Counted from the first letter of the stretch, positions 26,401 through 38,670 are shown. The stretch is DNA of 64,000 bases from Azolla caroliniana (GCA_043228905.1 JBHGNT010000009.1:16740001-16804000); one strand, 5' to 3'. A program made the numbers and translations. Notes: a model not told the origin generated them from the sequence alone.

Positions 26401-27127
26401 GGATCGGACGACGCATAGCTCCGTAACAGGTTACATGCCGGCAGAACTCATGACCGGACAAGCACCGGTAATGCCGACGGAAACCGCGATCGCAACATGG
26501 ACAGTGCTACCGTGGTAGGAAGAGATGTGCCGGGAAGAACTACTAGCGGTCCGGATACGACAACTAGAGGGAAGACCGGCAGACATAGCGGAAGCAATAC
26601 GCCGACAACAAGAAGCACGATTCCGGAACAAAAGCCGGTTCGACACAAAGCACCGACTACGACCGAGGAGGATTGAAGAAGGAGATTGGGTGATCGTCTA
26701 TGACAGTAGTTTGGACCATCAATATACAACGATGCGGAAATTCGCGAAAAGGTGGTTCGGGCCATACGAGGTTCGGAAAGTCTTCGACAACGGAACGTAC
26801 CGACTGTCCGAGTTGGATGGAACAATACTACGAGTGCCTATAGCCGGGAAGCGGGTGAAGATTTTTAAGAAGCGGACCGACGACAAACCCTATGTGATCC
26901 AAGCCAAGGCCGACAACGAGGAGCAATCGGACAAAGACCACAGTGATGCGGGAAGCGAAGAAAGTGAATTACAACTCATAGTCGACATAAGGGAAGAATC
27001 GGAAGAAGCTTTGGGTGAAGACGGATATGAGGAATCGAGAACTTCGGCACATACCGGAGGATGTGCGGGTTCAGAGGGTACGAGTGTCGTGGTGTATTCC
27101 ACACACTACGTGAAAACCATAAAATAA
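23486..27127 (+). pseudogene. pol: Pol (RT-RNaseH-integrase) of element E; one in-frame TAG at 26516-26518
   Basis: ORFs 23612-26518 and 26525-27127; RT PFLDD, RH VTVDTS, IN H..H..C..C zinc-binding motif, ADRGE and WFGPY. The frame is open back to the slippery site at 23486. Confidence 0.93.
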
Positions 27128-27788
27128 TATATCGGATTTTAGATACATATAAATAAATAAATAATATATCAAAATATTTATCACGTGCATAGGGCAGGAT
27201 TCAAACCCTACACCTCCACGTAGATAAACTTCAACTTTACCATTGTCATAACTTATCTTTAGTGTTATACATATAGATTTAATACGTATAAGACCTTTAT
27301 TTACACATACCTTAATAAAAGGTAAAAATCATGTATTCTTTAGGGTGTGAATATTTTATTTACACGTGACATTAAAAGTGACTCATGCACATCTAGCGTG
27401 CATGAGCCCTATACTTAGGAAATGAACAAAGCATCACATGCACATTTAGTGTGCATGGACACTTTTGGTGAAAAAGCATGAAGCCATGCTTAGCCTCTTC
27501 CATCTTTATATAAGGAGGAGAGAAATATGTATAAGGTTGTTGATTAATATACAAGGATTGATCAATCTAATATATTCGTGGGATTCACAAATTTTTCCAT
27601 CTAAATTACTCTTATAATCTAAATATTGTTTTAAATACACTAAACTCGTGGGATTCACGAGATTGCTATCTTACTTCTCTTTCTACTATTCATAACTAGC
27701 CTTAAGTTGTATTCCTCTTCCTCCTAGTCCAAAACCTCGGCGGTTCCCACCCGACTCACGCAACGATCCGGAGCCGAAAGGCACGACA
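27085..27788 (+). repeat. 3' LTR of element E
   Basis: Direct repeat of 20710-21414. Confidence 0.96.
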
Positions 27789-28391
27789 GCATAAAACTGT
27801 TTGTCGCATAGTGTTTGTAAAACAAAGCGGGCATGTTTAGCATGTTCTTGTAATGTACGACTATAAATTAGAATATCATCCAAGAAAATAACGACAAATT
27901 TTCCAAGTTGTTCTCGGAAAATTTCATTCATTTCTTGTTGAAATATGGCCGGAGCATTCGTCAAACTGAAAGGCATAACCAAAAACTCATAATGGCCATA
28001 GCATGTACGAAATGTCATTTAGGAAGATCTTCCTCACTTTTGATGGTAGCTCGTACAGATATCAAGTTTCGTGAAATACCGAGCTTCCTAGAGATGGTCA
28101 ATTCGATTGTTAGCCAGGGGCAATGGATATGAATTCTTGATCGTCACTTTATTCAAGCGTTAGTAATTAATACACATACGCCATGTGCCTTGTTTCTTTT
28201 TTACCACGAGAACAGGTACACCCCATGGAGATTTACTATAACGTATATAACCCACTCGTAAATAGTCCTTGAGTTGCTTAGATACCTCATCCTCTTCGGA
28301 TCGACTTTAGCGATAAGGAGGTTTACTTATTGGTGCAACACCAGGTACAATATCTATGCGATGGTCTATATTACGTTTAGGAGGTAGCCCA

Positions 28392-29115
28392 TGTGATACC
28401 AATTGAGAGCTTAGATCTAAAGTATGCATATGATAAGGATATGATAGATTAATAAGAATGGAAAGAGAGAAAGAAGGGTGCCGATCCACCCAACCACCCC
28501 CGAGCGAAGGGATCCAGACGGACTCGAGCCTCGATCGGCGTCCCAGACCATCGTCGTGGCGTCGAGTCGTACCTGGTACTGGCGCGCTCGCTAGAAGAGT
28601 TGACCCACCACAAGAACATAGTCTCAACATAGTCAAGAGATGATGAAATGAGGGTATCTAGGCCTCGTATTTATAGCCAGACCTAAGGCCCCCATGCAAG
28701 TTCACACTTGGCCTAATGGGTTGTCTCAATCCTGAGTATTAAAAGTAATCCTCCCCTTCTTTACACTCTTGTTTAACCCTCACACTTTATCCACGTATAT
28801 AGAATACTACGGTACATTCTCACCACGGGATATTATATTGTCATGCCCATAACAGATGTATACGTGGTAATATAAACATTCTATTACATATGAGAGTCAC
28901 AATGGTAGTCCTCTCGTGCATACACATCTCAAAGCTTAAAATGGGATATGGATTAGTCGACTACAAAGTTAGTTGACATAAATAATAGTCACAAGTTCGA
29001 CAATTGTGTAAGAGAAAGAGGGTGGCTATATATATTGTGTTTGGTCTTATTGTCACATAAAATGTGCAAGTCAATTGGTGGTAGTTGCAAAACATGTGTA
29101 TAATTGGTTGTCACA
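28392..29115 (-). mobile_element. Probable LTR-like insertion (boundaries uncertain)
   Basis: D's RT homology stops abruptly at TGTGATAC (28392). There is a minus-strand CTATAAATA at ~28669-28677 and candidate GTCACA ends at 28993, 29057 and 29115. No TSD was found. Confidence 0.4.
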
Positions 29116-29689
29116 TCATACAATAGGGTAAGTGCCTCACCAATGATGACTGGTTTAGGCCTATGTTGAGCAAGAGATCGTTTATGTTGTTCTCAAGCCC
29201 ATGATGAAACTAGTCATCCCAATTGACATTGTCTAACAACTAGCCAAACTTTGATGCATATGTCAACACTGCCCTAGATCCTTGTCGTAGTTTGTAATGT
29301 TTGTTACCAAAGATCGACATTTGTCAAATTCCTTGAAGGTTGCTTCAAACAAGGTGAGAAATGTTGCGTAATCTTTCAAAATGGGCAATTATTTTTCCAT
29401 CAATGCCATGAATCATATTAGTAGAAAACCAGTCAAGAGGAACTGACGAGTTAGAGTCGCCTAAAGTTGTTGAAGTATCACCGAGGCTATAGATGCATGA
29501 CCAATGGATTTGGTGGAGGAATCCCCATAGGTCAACTCGTTTACTACTAAATTCTTCAAGGAGGGGTTGAAGGATGTGGAATTTGATTCATAGGTGTGTC
29601 GTTACAAAGCTCGTGCCTTGAAAAATTCTATAATTTAAGTTTCCATGGACCACTAGGATTTGGTCAGACTTAATGATGGAGTTTGACAT
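29110..29689 (-). pseudogene. gag: Decayed Ty3/gypsy (Tcn1/chromovirus-like) gag
   Basis: Manual minus-strand translation gives EEFSSKRVDLWGFLHQI ... KLRQGSRAVLTYASKFG*LLDNVNWDD*FHHGLENNINDLLL, the LRQG..V..Y...F...W....F..GL capsid signature. Confidence 0.7.
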
Positions 29690-30407
29690 GACGATGCTTG
29701 CATAAGAAGGAGGAATAGTTGAAGAGAAAGAAGATCAAACTATCATGAAAACAAGATTTCAAAACAAAACAGTAAGCTTGTATTCAATGATTTGTGTTGA
29801 TCTTCTTGAGAATCAATTATTATGAAGAGCCTTTTATATAGTCAATAAGCCATGTACGAATTAGCATGCAGACTTTGAGACTTACACATGGAAACCCACA
29901 AATAGACTTTCTCTCAACCTTACGATGACATATCCCTATAACTCTTTACATTAGTTAGATGTTACATTCAACGAATGTTTTTTTGGGGGTTTTTGTATCG
30001 CAAACTCGGAAAACCAAACCATTTCATGAACCTATTAGCAAACATGTTTGTCGTAATGCAAGCTTAATTTGTTGGACATGTGTAGGTAATTGTATATGAG
30101 AAATCTACTAGGGTCCTTTTCGATTGTGTGTATATGTATCATATTTTGTTTTGTTTTACTATTGTATATGTAGGGTTTAGGGTTTATAGTTGATACTATA
30201 GCGGTAGTGATTTTGTTTTTTCATGACCTCCATGGTGGATCATCAAGATGGGAAGGGAACATTTCTAGCTCAATAATATAGTTCTTTACTTTGTCTCCTT
30301 CTGAGCAGAGAATGCTCTGCTCTGCTTTGTTGCCTCCTTCTGAGCAGAGAGATATTTGTTTATGTACATAATTACATACAGACTACACACACAAAGCCAA
30401 ATATGTC

Positions 30408-30409
<2 letters not shown>

Positions 30410-30460
<51 letters not shown>
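30410..30460. repeat. (TC)n microsatellite
   Basis: Direct observation. Confidence 0.95.
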
Positions 30461-30647
30461 ACAACCACGATGTGCACTCTCGATTGCAATATTCATTGGT
30501 AAAGTTCTTGAACATCGAGAGTTGCTACTCACCTTCACATGTATCACGTGAAATGTAATATTTTTGGTCTCATAGGTCATATTTGACCTCCGAAGACGAT
30601 AATATAATCTATCTATATATCTATCTCTCTCTGTAACGGCTCTTTCT

Positions 30648-30812
30648 ACCGTTGCCGTTGCCGTCTGCTGTTGTCGCCGCCGCCGCCGTCGTCGTCTACA
30701 ACCGTTGTTTGCGGCCGTTGTTGCTACTGATGTTGTCGTTGTCGCTGTTTGTCGGTTGCCGCCGTCGCCATTGTCGTGTGTAGTCATTGTCGTTGTCGTT
30801 GTCGTCGTTGTT
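30648..30812. repeat. Degenerate GTT/GTC/GCC trinucleotide repeat
   Basis: gttgccgttgccgtc...cgccgccgccgtcgtcgtc...gttgtcgttgtcgtcgttgtt. Confidence 0.85.
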
Positions 30813-30962
30813 CACCTACGCTTCTGACGAAGTCATCAGCTGAGCAAACGAGAGAGCATACATGTGTTTCTACACTTGAACTTAGCGAGTAAGGCATTGA
30901 TGCTCGGCTAAATTTTTTCTGTCCTCTTTGTCTTTTCTTTCTTTTATCTTTTGATTTACAAC

Positions 30963-32364
30963 ATGACTTCTAGATGAAACCATAAGGAAACACACAAAGA
31001 AATTATAAGCAAGGAAGAATTTGTAGATGTCCTTAACCGTTTAGTTAAAATAGAAAAATGGGCCAAAGAGATTGAAGCTGAAAAACAAAAAGATAAGGAA
31101 GAAAAAGAAGTGCTTATTGCTGAAATAACGAAACTTAAAGTAGACAACACGAACCTTCAAAAACAAGTTAAGGACCTTGAGACATCTAGGGAAGATGGTG
31201 AAATATCTTCCCTAGAGGATATTAAGGACGAGATCAAAAAGGTTAAGGAAGAGGTTTAAAGCGATATGGAATTAGCAAAAACTAGGTGGGTTGATGTAGT
31301 AAAACATAATATTAAAAGAGAACTAAAGGATGAAAATATTGTAAACACTACCCTTGAGGAGGGAAAAATGCGTCAAGCTCGACGCCTAAATGTACGAGTT
31401 ACTGGGCTCAAGGAAGGGGCATCTCCTGACGAAGATACACAAACATTAGGGAAAATGTTGGGGTACGAAGCCCTACCAATCACTAAAACTTGGAGGGTAG
31501 GACGTGACACCACTAGGAAAAGAGTTTTGGTCCTTCAGTTTAAGAACTTAGAATCTAGAATCGCATTTTTTAAAAAGAGACCAATTATTCGAGGATTGGG
31601 CAGGGACCCTATCTACCTTGATGAAGACCTTACCAAAATGCAAATTGAGCATCGTAAAACTTGTATGTCGCGAATCATACAAGCTTGTAAAGAGGGGCAT
31701 CGTGCTTTTTACTGAGACGGACGTGTGATAATAAATGATCGGACAATAAACTTAGGATGACTTTATGGAACTGTAACGGTGCACTTTGGACACACCCTGG
31801 TCATCTAGAGGAGATTTTGAAGGTATCTAACATACTTTTTTTAGTAGAAACACATCAAAGCCCAAATCGAGGACTTGCATACACCCTTCACTCAGCAGTA
31901 ATTAGTAGCTTCCCATACACAAAACACTCCAATCATAGTAGAATAGGGTCTATGCCACAGAACAAGTGGTTTGATGAGGATTGTAGAGAGTTGTATAGAC
32001 AACTTAAAGTGTCATAACTTAGTGGTACTATTTCCTCAGTACAGGCTCGAAAATAGATGCGCAAGATGACACGTCGTAAAAGACAAGCTTGGGAAGCATC
32101 CCAATATTGGGAACTCTACCATATGCTCATGAGTAGGGATTGCGCCTTTGCATGGAAGAGACTGCGGGAACTGCGGCCACAAACACCCATCGAGGATCCC
32201 AATATTTGGCACACATATATCGAGAGACTGTACCATGTCCCGAACCAACCACCCATTCCAATGCCTTCCACACCCTGACCTAACATGGGGACACTTTTCA
32301 TGACCTCTAGGTTCACGAAGGTCATAAAAAAATTACAACATAGGAAATCCATGGACCACACCGG
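30963..32364 (+). mobile_element. Non-LTR retrotransposon (CR1/L2/RTE-X-type ORF1 plus internally deleted APE-ORF2), cut by element F
   Basis: Coiled coil, then RRLNVRVTGLKE...WRVG...RVLVLQF...IYLDEDLT (31266-31715). ORF2 begins LWNCNG...NILFLVETH and jumps to PQNKWFDEDC. Confidence 0.75.
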
Positions 32365-32954
32365 TGTCGTGTTGTTATGCTCTCGAGTGTGAAATGAGGC
32401 GGGACTGCGGGGGCCCTGAACCAAGGAGTGTGAGAAAGAAGAGGGAGAGTGATTCGCAGGTAAAATAGAGGGAGATGGGAACGGAAAATTCAATTACAAT
32501 GTCAGCAATGATTACAACCGGCAAGCCGGTAACAGACCCAAAACGGAGGTCCCATGCACACACCTAGACGACACAGACAATGCACCGTGGAGCCTCTACT
32601 GGAAGCACACGGGCTTACGCGTAGCAGAGGCGACCGACCCCGAAACGTAGTGGAGACCAACGGTTCCGGAGGAGAGAGCTCTGTTTCCCCCCGTCCCCGC
32701 AACACTTCGTCCTCCCCCCCTTTTTATAGGTCGCCGAGGAGGCCGTTACATCAAAACACATCAACTTTATTCTCTGTCCTTTCGGACAGAGATACGCGTC
32801 GATTTCCTAGCTAATTAATACCCTTCTTAGTACATATGCATGTCAGCCGATCTATCCCTAGCTATGTACAAGTCATAAACGCACACAAACGCGAAAAGGA
32901 TTGGGTCACGCCTCCCACCCTTGATTCATCCTAGGGGCGGTTTTCTCCACGACA
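32365..32954 (-). repeat. 3' LTR of element F
   Basis: TGTCG...CGACA termini; minus-strand CCTATAAAAA at ~32721-32730. Confidence 0.85.
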
Positions 32955-32962
32955 TCCACCCC

Positions 32963-35900
32963 AAGCAAACCGCACTCGTTGTTTTCCGAGCCCTCGCCTT
33001 CCCTGATTCGGGCGTCGCCGCCACTATCGCTCACCGGGTCCGGTTCGCCCTCATGCCGCTTCTTGAACATCTTGACCCTCTTGCCGGCCACCGGTACCGC
33101 TATCCGTGCCCCATCGAGCTCCACGAGATGATACGTGTCGTTGTCGTTCACGCTTGTCACCGTGTAGGGTTTGAACCATCTCCTCGCAAACTTACGCACC
33201 ATCTTGTGCTGATATCGAGGCTACTGTTGTACACCAACACCCAGTCGCCTTCCTCGATCTTCTTCGGTCTCAGCCGGTGTGTTCAGTTGAACTGGCCTTT
33301 GTTCCTTTCACGCGTCATGCGCAGCTTCGCCATCGCCTGCTCCATGTCCTCCAGTTTTCGCTCGAGCTGCCGAATCCGCGCCGCCAGCAACTCTTCCTGG
33401 CTCATCTCGTCCTTCCATTCCACTGCGACCCATGAAGTGATTGTCCGTTCCATTGGCATAATCGGTTTTTGCTCGTACATCAACTCCGCCGGCATGAACC
33501 CTGTCACCGAATTGTGCGTAGTCCGGTCCGCCCACAGCACGTAGGGTAGGAACCGCGGCCAATTCCCGACCTGCCCCTCACACGCTCGTACCAAAGCCTT
33601 CACGATTGGTCCGTGTCCGCGTTCTACCTTCCCATTCGCCTCTGGATTGTACGCCGTAGTGAGGGAGAGCTTGACCCCTAACCAGTCGAACATCTCCTCA
33701 GCTTCCTGCACGTCAAGCTCTCCTATCCGCCACGATTTTCCCTACACATCCGTATCGGCACACTACCTCTTCGATTAGGAACCAACACACTGCCGCAGTC
33801 GTCTTGTTCGTCGGTGCGCGGCCTTCCACTTGGTTCGTTAAATCCTCCCGCACAAGCACCAGATACCGCATTTGCCCTACTCCCATCGGCATTGTCACTA
33901 AGTCCACCATCCATTTGAAGTGGATGGTCGGCGGGTAGGTTGGGTGCAGCTCGTCTCAATGCCGGATCACGGAGTGCATCTGACAATTCTTACACGTCGT
34001 CACGAACTGGTACACATCCAAGTACAGCCCCGGCCACCAATACTTCTCTTTCAATTTCTTGAACGAGGCCCATGTCCCGCGGTGTTCGGCCTAGGGTTCT
34101 CATGGTACGCCGTAAGCAACGCGTCCTGCTTGTCCTTTCTCACTACTACGCGGAGTGGGACACCGTCTCACTTCTTAGGGTGCCTCTATATATTCTCATC
34201 CCATAGGAAGAACCAGTAAGCTTTCTTTCGGATCCAATTAGCCTCTTCTTTTGTCCATGCTGCGTCTCGAAGAAGTCTACGCCGACTTCCTCGTCCTCCG
34301 AAACCATACCATCCTCGTCATCGAACTGTGTTCTCAAAAGCATGTCGGCCATGGCGTTGTCCTTCCCAAAGATGTGTCGTATCTCCGGATTTAGGGACTT
34401 GATGTACGCGATCCACCTGAGCATTGCGAGGTCCAGAGTCGCGCATCTGGAAACCATACCGAGAATCGGTAGGCAGTCTGTCTCGATTATTACCTCCGTC
34501 CCTATAAGATAATCTTTGTCAGCCTTAACTACCGAAACGATACCCCATAGTTCGCGCTTAACTTGGGCGTATCCTCATTGTCGCTCACTGAGAACCTTCG
34601 CCCCGAACCGGATCAGGAATTGCGTGCCGCTCTCGTCCTCTTGATTGATCACCCATCAGATTCCGGTTGGGATTGTGTCAACGGTTACGTAGATGGGGAT
34701 CTCCTTGCCGTAAACCGCTTTCCTAAGAGCCGATGTTGCAGTAAGCACCTCCTTCAGTCTCCGGACCGACTCTGTATGCTCCTTGGCGCATTCAAATTTG
34801 TGCCCCTTCTTCAGCAACCCGTAGAGTGGTTCCGCGAGGTGTGCGTAGTGCGGAATCCAGATGTGGTAGAATGCGCATGCACCCAGGAACCTCCGCACCT
34901 CCGTAACCGACTTGCACTCTTCCTTCATTACGGAGATGGCTTCTATCTTTGCCGGAGACGGTTTCCGGCCGTAGGGCCCGCACAGGTGACCGACCACTAG
35001 GATCTCCAATTGGCCGAACTTTGATTTCTCTCTGGAGAAGGTGAATCACGCGTCCTCCAGCCTTTGCAGCACCTTCTCGCAGTCATTAATGTGGTCCGCA
35101 ACAAACCTCCGGCATCCGTCTGGACCAACCACCTCATCCTTATCCTCCACCGGACATCCTTTGATCGAGATGTCGTCCAGGAATGGCATGGTGATGTCTG
35201 GGATGCAGACCCTCAGTACCTTGTTCATCGCATTCACCATGTGCGCCACTAAGTTTGTCCCTCCTTGTGGCAAGGTACACATCCGCACAAAGCCGAGAGG
35301 GGTCCGCATTGCCGTGATATCCCTGCTCTCCACGGCTAGTTGGAATTGATCATACCCCGAGTACAGATCACCGACTAAATAGATTGACCTTCCGGCGAAG
35401 GCTTCTGTGAACTCGTCTATCGTCGGTTCGATACCTGCATTATGAATGGTCACCCTGTTGACCGGTTGCAGGTCCTGAATGAAGCGCAACGTGTCATTCT
35501 TCTTTGGCACGGTAAACAACTGATTCGAATATGGGGCGTTCGACGGTTCGAGGATGCCCATCTCCATTTTCTACTTTAGAAGCTCCATCAACTTCGGAAT
35601 GTGAGCTCTAGGTACCAGAATCGGCTTGAGATTCCACGGCACATGCAGCACCATGAATATCACCATCGGCTCCACGATCGTCGGGTCCACGCACCCGATC
35701 TCCTCTGGCGAGAATGCGAAGGCTTTCCCGTGCCTCCTGAGCATCCTCTAAAACCGGTCCTCCTCCGTCGGCAGTAGAAACCCACCCCCACCGACCTTGA
35801 GCTCCCGTAGCGTTATGTCAGTGAATCGGTGCCCTATCCCGACCGGTTGTCGTAAACTTGGGTCCGACGCGACCCCCTTTATCCGCTCTTCACTGCCCTC

Positions 35901-37821
35901 CGGCAAGGGTGTTGCGACTGGCCTCACCTTCTAGTCCATAGTCTTGTACCTAGTATCCACGCAGGTCGTCTGACCCGACCCGACCCTTTCCCCGAAGTCA
36001 GCGATGACTTCGTACATCTCCACTCAACTAACCGGAACTGTTAGGTCTTCACTAAGGCCTCCTTCGACAACCTCGCATAATTCTCCCAAGGTGTCATCGA
36101 AGGAGACCGCCTCCACGGCACTACCAATCTCTTCGCCAAGGCCGAGGACTCCGTACGCCCTAAGTCTTTCTTCCGCCTGCTTCTTATTCCGGCCACTGAT
36201 GCTGGCTATAGTACAACCTCCGTTATAGGAGAACCAAAATTTCTTATCTATTGTACATGTGTGGGGTTCTTCCGGGGTGTCCGGACTATCGCGTCCCCAC
36301 GCCTTGATAGCCCTCTCTAAAAATCCCCTCGGCCCTCGCCGCCGAGGGTCTCACGGTTATGCTCATGGTTCGGCCTCACCGTCAAAATTTGAACGGAGCG
36401 TTGTCCGTCCTAGCTCTTCACACGCGCGTACGCCGATCCGTTGTCAAGCACCTTCGTTTCCATCCATGCCGCCATAATGTATGGCTCGCCTAGTATCACC
36501 AGGTGCGAGGAGGTCTCCTGCACAAAGAAGTGTTCATCTATCTCAACGTCGCCGATCTTTACGCGTACATTCGGGCACGCACCATGCAGCTCCTCCGTAG
36601 CACGTGTCCCCGCGCGTATCTTCCACCTGTGCTTGTTGTTGATCGGCCACTTCCCCTTTTTGTAGAAGTCCATGGACATTAGGTTGATCTCCGAGCCGTG
36701 GTCTATCAATGCCACCACCGGCTCCTGCACGTCCCCAACCCGGACAGGGGTCTCCGTAGTGGCTCTGGCCCAATGCGGCCTCACGTAGTAGCTGTCCGCC
36801 AACTCATCCTCTAGGGTCGTGCAGTGTCTTCTAGGTGCGTCATCCACACCTCCACGGGCTTCTCCGGCTCCGGCTCCGATGAGAGCCGCATCCGCTTCAC
36901 CAAGTCCACAATGGAGTCGTGGAACTCCTTCTTGGCAATTCCGAGCACTTCCCTGAGCAACAACTCCATCTTGCTGTTGAGAATCCGCTCCTCGAGGACC
37001 TTCTGCAGGTCTTTTGACCTCTCAATCTCCGTGCTTAGCCGGTAACCAGCCCTTTTCGTTTTATCCGGCACCCCGGTGTTGCCGGCATCGTTCTGCTTTA
37101 GTCCGAACCGGGTCTCCTACCGTTGTGAGGGACCGGCCCTTCCCGCGCGCTTGTCTTCTACCAGAACCTCGTAGTTCTGCACACGGCTTCCATGAAGCCG
37201 GTCTTTTCTTCGATCGGATCGTCCCATCCGGTGACCTCCTGAATCCGTTGTTCCACGTGGTCCGCTTCCTCTTTCCTCAGTCGAACCACGGTGAGGCCTT
37301 CCAGCACTAGCGGCCAGAATCCGAAGCCTTTCGCCTTCCGGCCCTCGTCGCCCCCGACCCGGATACCCGCCGACGCAAAGTAGTGGACGGCCTCTGCATG
37401 TCGCGTTGCGGCTTCTTCCATCAAGTGCTTCATCCCGCCGCGCCCGGTGTTCAACTCTAGGCCTTTCCGCGTGTCGCCGGCATGCACCTGCCCATTCCAA
37501 AGGTACACCACGTTGGCCCGGAGTGCCTCTACGAAATCCGTGCATTCTTTCCAGATGTGACCGACAACGCCACACCACATGCATCGTTGCCCCGTCATTG
37601 GCCTCCGATCACGAGGTTGATCGTCGTTGTCCCTCCGTGCTTGTGCGATCTGGAGGTCGCGCACCATTTGCGTCAACTCTTCTAGAGCCGCCCCTCTGGA
37701 AGAGCCTTGGACCACTCCGCTCGAGGTTGCGCCCGTCTCGATCCAATTCTGAGTCTCTTCCTTCCCAGCCGGCACCGATACCGGCTCCTCGATCTTCCTC
37801 GCTGGGACCAGCCCTGATGCC
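32963..37821 (-). pseudogene. gag-pol: gag-pol of element F, many lesions
   Basis: ORF pieces 36811-37071, 36410-36847, 35046-35567, 34656-35009, 34146-34457, 33713-33910, 33283-33711 and 32906-33202. Confidence 0.92.
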
Positions 37822-38668
37822 TGTTGGGAGACAGGTCCCTCTGGATGGGAAAGGAGAAGAACAGTGTCGAGGCCAAGACCGGATGAGGAGTACCCGGCTA
37901 CGGAGAGTCGGATGGTGCAGACCCGGTGAAGACCAGAAGAGGAGTACCCGGCTACAGAGAGCCGGATGGTGCAGACCCGGTGAAGACCGGATGAGGAGTA
38001 CCCGGCTACGGAGAGCCGGATGGTGCAGACCCGGTGAAGACCGGATGAGGAGTACCCGGCTACGGAGAGCCGGATGGTGCAGACCCGGTGAAGACCGGAT
38101 GAGGAGTACCCGGCTTCGGAGAGCCGGATGGTGCAGACCCGGTGAAGACCGGATGAGGAGTACCCGGCTTCGGAGAGCCGGATGGTGCAGACCCGGTCAG
38201 GAATGCTCACCGGATGAAGGGACATATTCGTAAATATGTTTTTGAGAGTCCATCGAGGCTATATTTGTAAATAGCCGAAAAGTCATATTAGTATAAATAT
38301 GACTTAGGGAAAACTTTTAGTTACTACTGTGTTGTCATTTCTTGTTGGTGCAAGAAAAGAGAGCGCGTAATTGTGTACAGTGAGAGAGAGAGAGAAAGAG
38401 GTCGTTGCCTCTGTTGTAACCGCTGCCTGTGGCGAAGATCGTGAGCACGAGGTCGTTGCCTCCGTGAACTCACTATTGTACATTCTAACATAGTGATAGT
38501 TTGTAGCCTGTGGGCTGCCGTGGTTTTTCCCTCTTTGGGTTTTCCACGTAAACATCATGTGTACTCTTCTCTTCTTCGTGTCGTGCTTTTATTTCCCGTT
38601 TTTCTGTGTATGATTCTAAGCTCGGTTGTGGCCGAGCGTTGCGTATAAGGAGCCTTGAGTTCCCATCA
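37822..38668 (+). repeat. 5' LTR of element I
   Basis: Starts TGTTGGGAGACAGGTCCCTCTGGATGGGA, homologous to the start of solo LTR K; TATAAATA at ~38292; ends ...CCCATCA before the PBS. Confidence 0.88.
37875..38197 (+). repeat. 6 x 54-bp tandem repeat in the U3 region of the element I LTR
   Basis: The unit AAGACCGGATGAGGAGTACCCGGCTACGGAGAGCCGGATGGTGCAGACCCGGTG starts at 37875, 37929, 37983, 38037, 38091 and 38145. Confidence 0.96.
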
Positions 38669-38670
38669 AG

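Larger units (their letters stand above)
20710..27788 (+). mobile_element. Element E: full-length non-chromovirus Ty3/gypsy (tRNA-Trp primed; Phygy/DUF4100-like lineage by inference)
   Basis: LTRs at 20710-21414 and 27085-27788 (TGTCG...CGACA, ~7 substitutions plus 1 indel by eye); 4-bp TSD GCGT/GCAT; gag-PR and -1 frame pol (RT-RH-IN). Confidence 0.96.
19945..28391 (-). pseudogene. pol: Element D: chromovirus-like Ty3/gypsy RT-RNaseH remnant, split by element E (pieces 19945-20709 and 27789-28391)
   Basis: [43 protein letters not shown] ... QFYA|KISKYEFF ... FQVETDASDYAIG ... TDHESLKY. The frame rejoins across E when a 4-bp TSD is removed. Confidence 0.9.
32365..37821 (-). mobile_element. 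Element F: decayed gypsy of the E/G family; 3' LTR, pol and part of gag, interrupted at 37821 by copia I
   Basis: Minus-strand fragments are colinear with G (LIDHGSEINLM, PFLDD, LWADRTTH). The LTR at 32365-32954 starts TGTCGTGGAGAAAACCGCC, like the G LTR. PPT-like GGGGTGGA at 32955-32962. Confidence 0.93.

Noticed and set aside
37875-38197. Possible CRISPR-like array
   Set aside because: The units are head-to-tail with no unique spacers, lie inside a copia LTR, and there are no cas genes.
37158-38233. 355-aa and 275-aa ORFs with 18-aa repeats as novel repeat proteins
   Set aside because: They arise because the 54-bp LTR repeat has no stops and abuts the interrupted gag of F; they are chance chimeras across an insertion junction.
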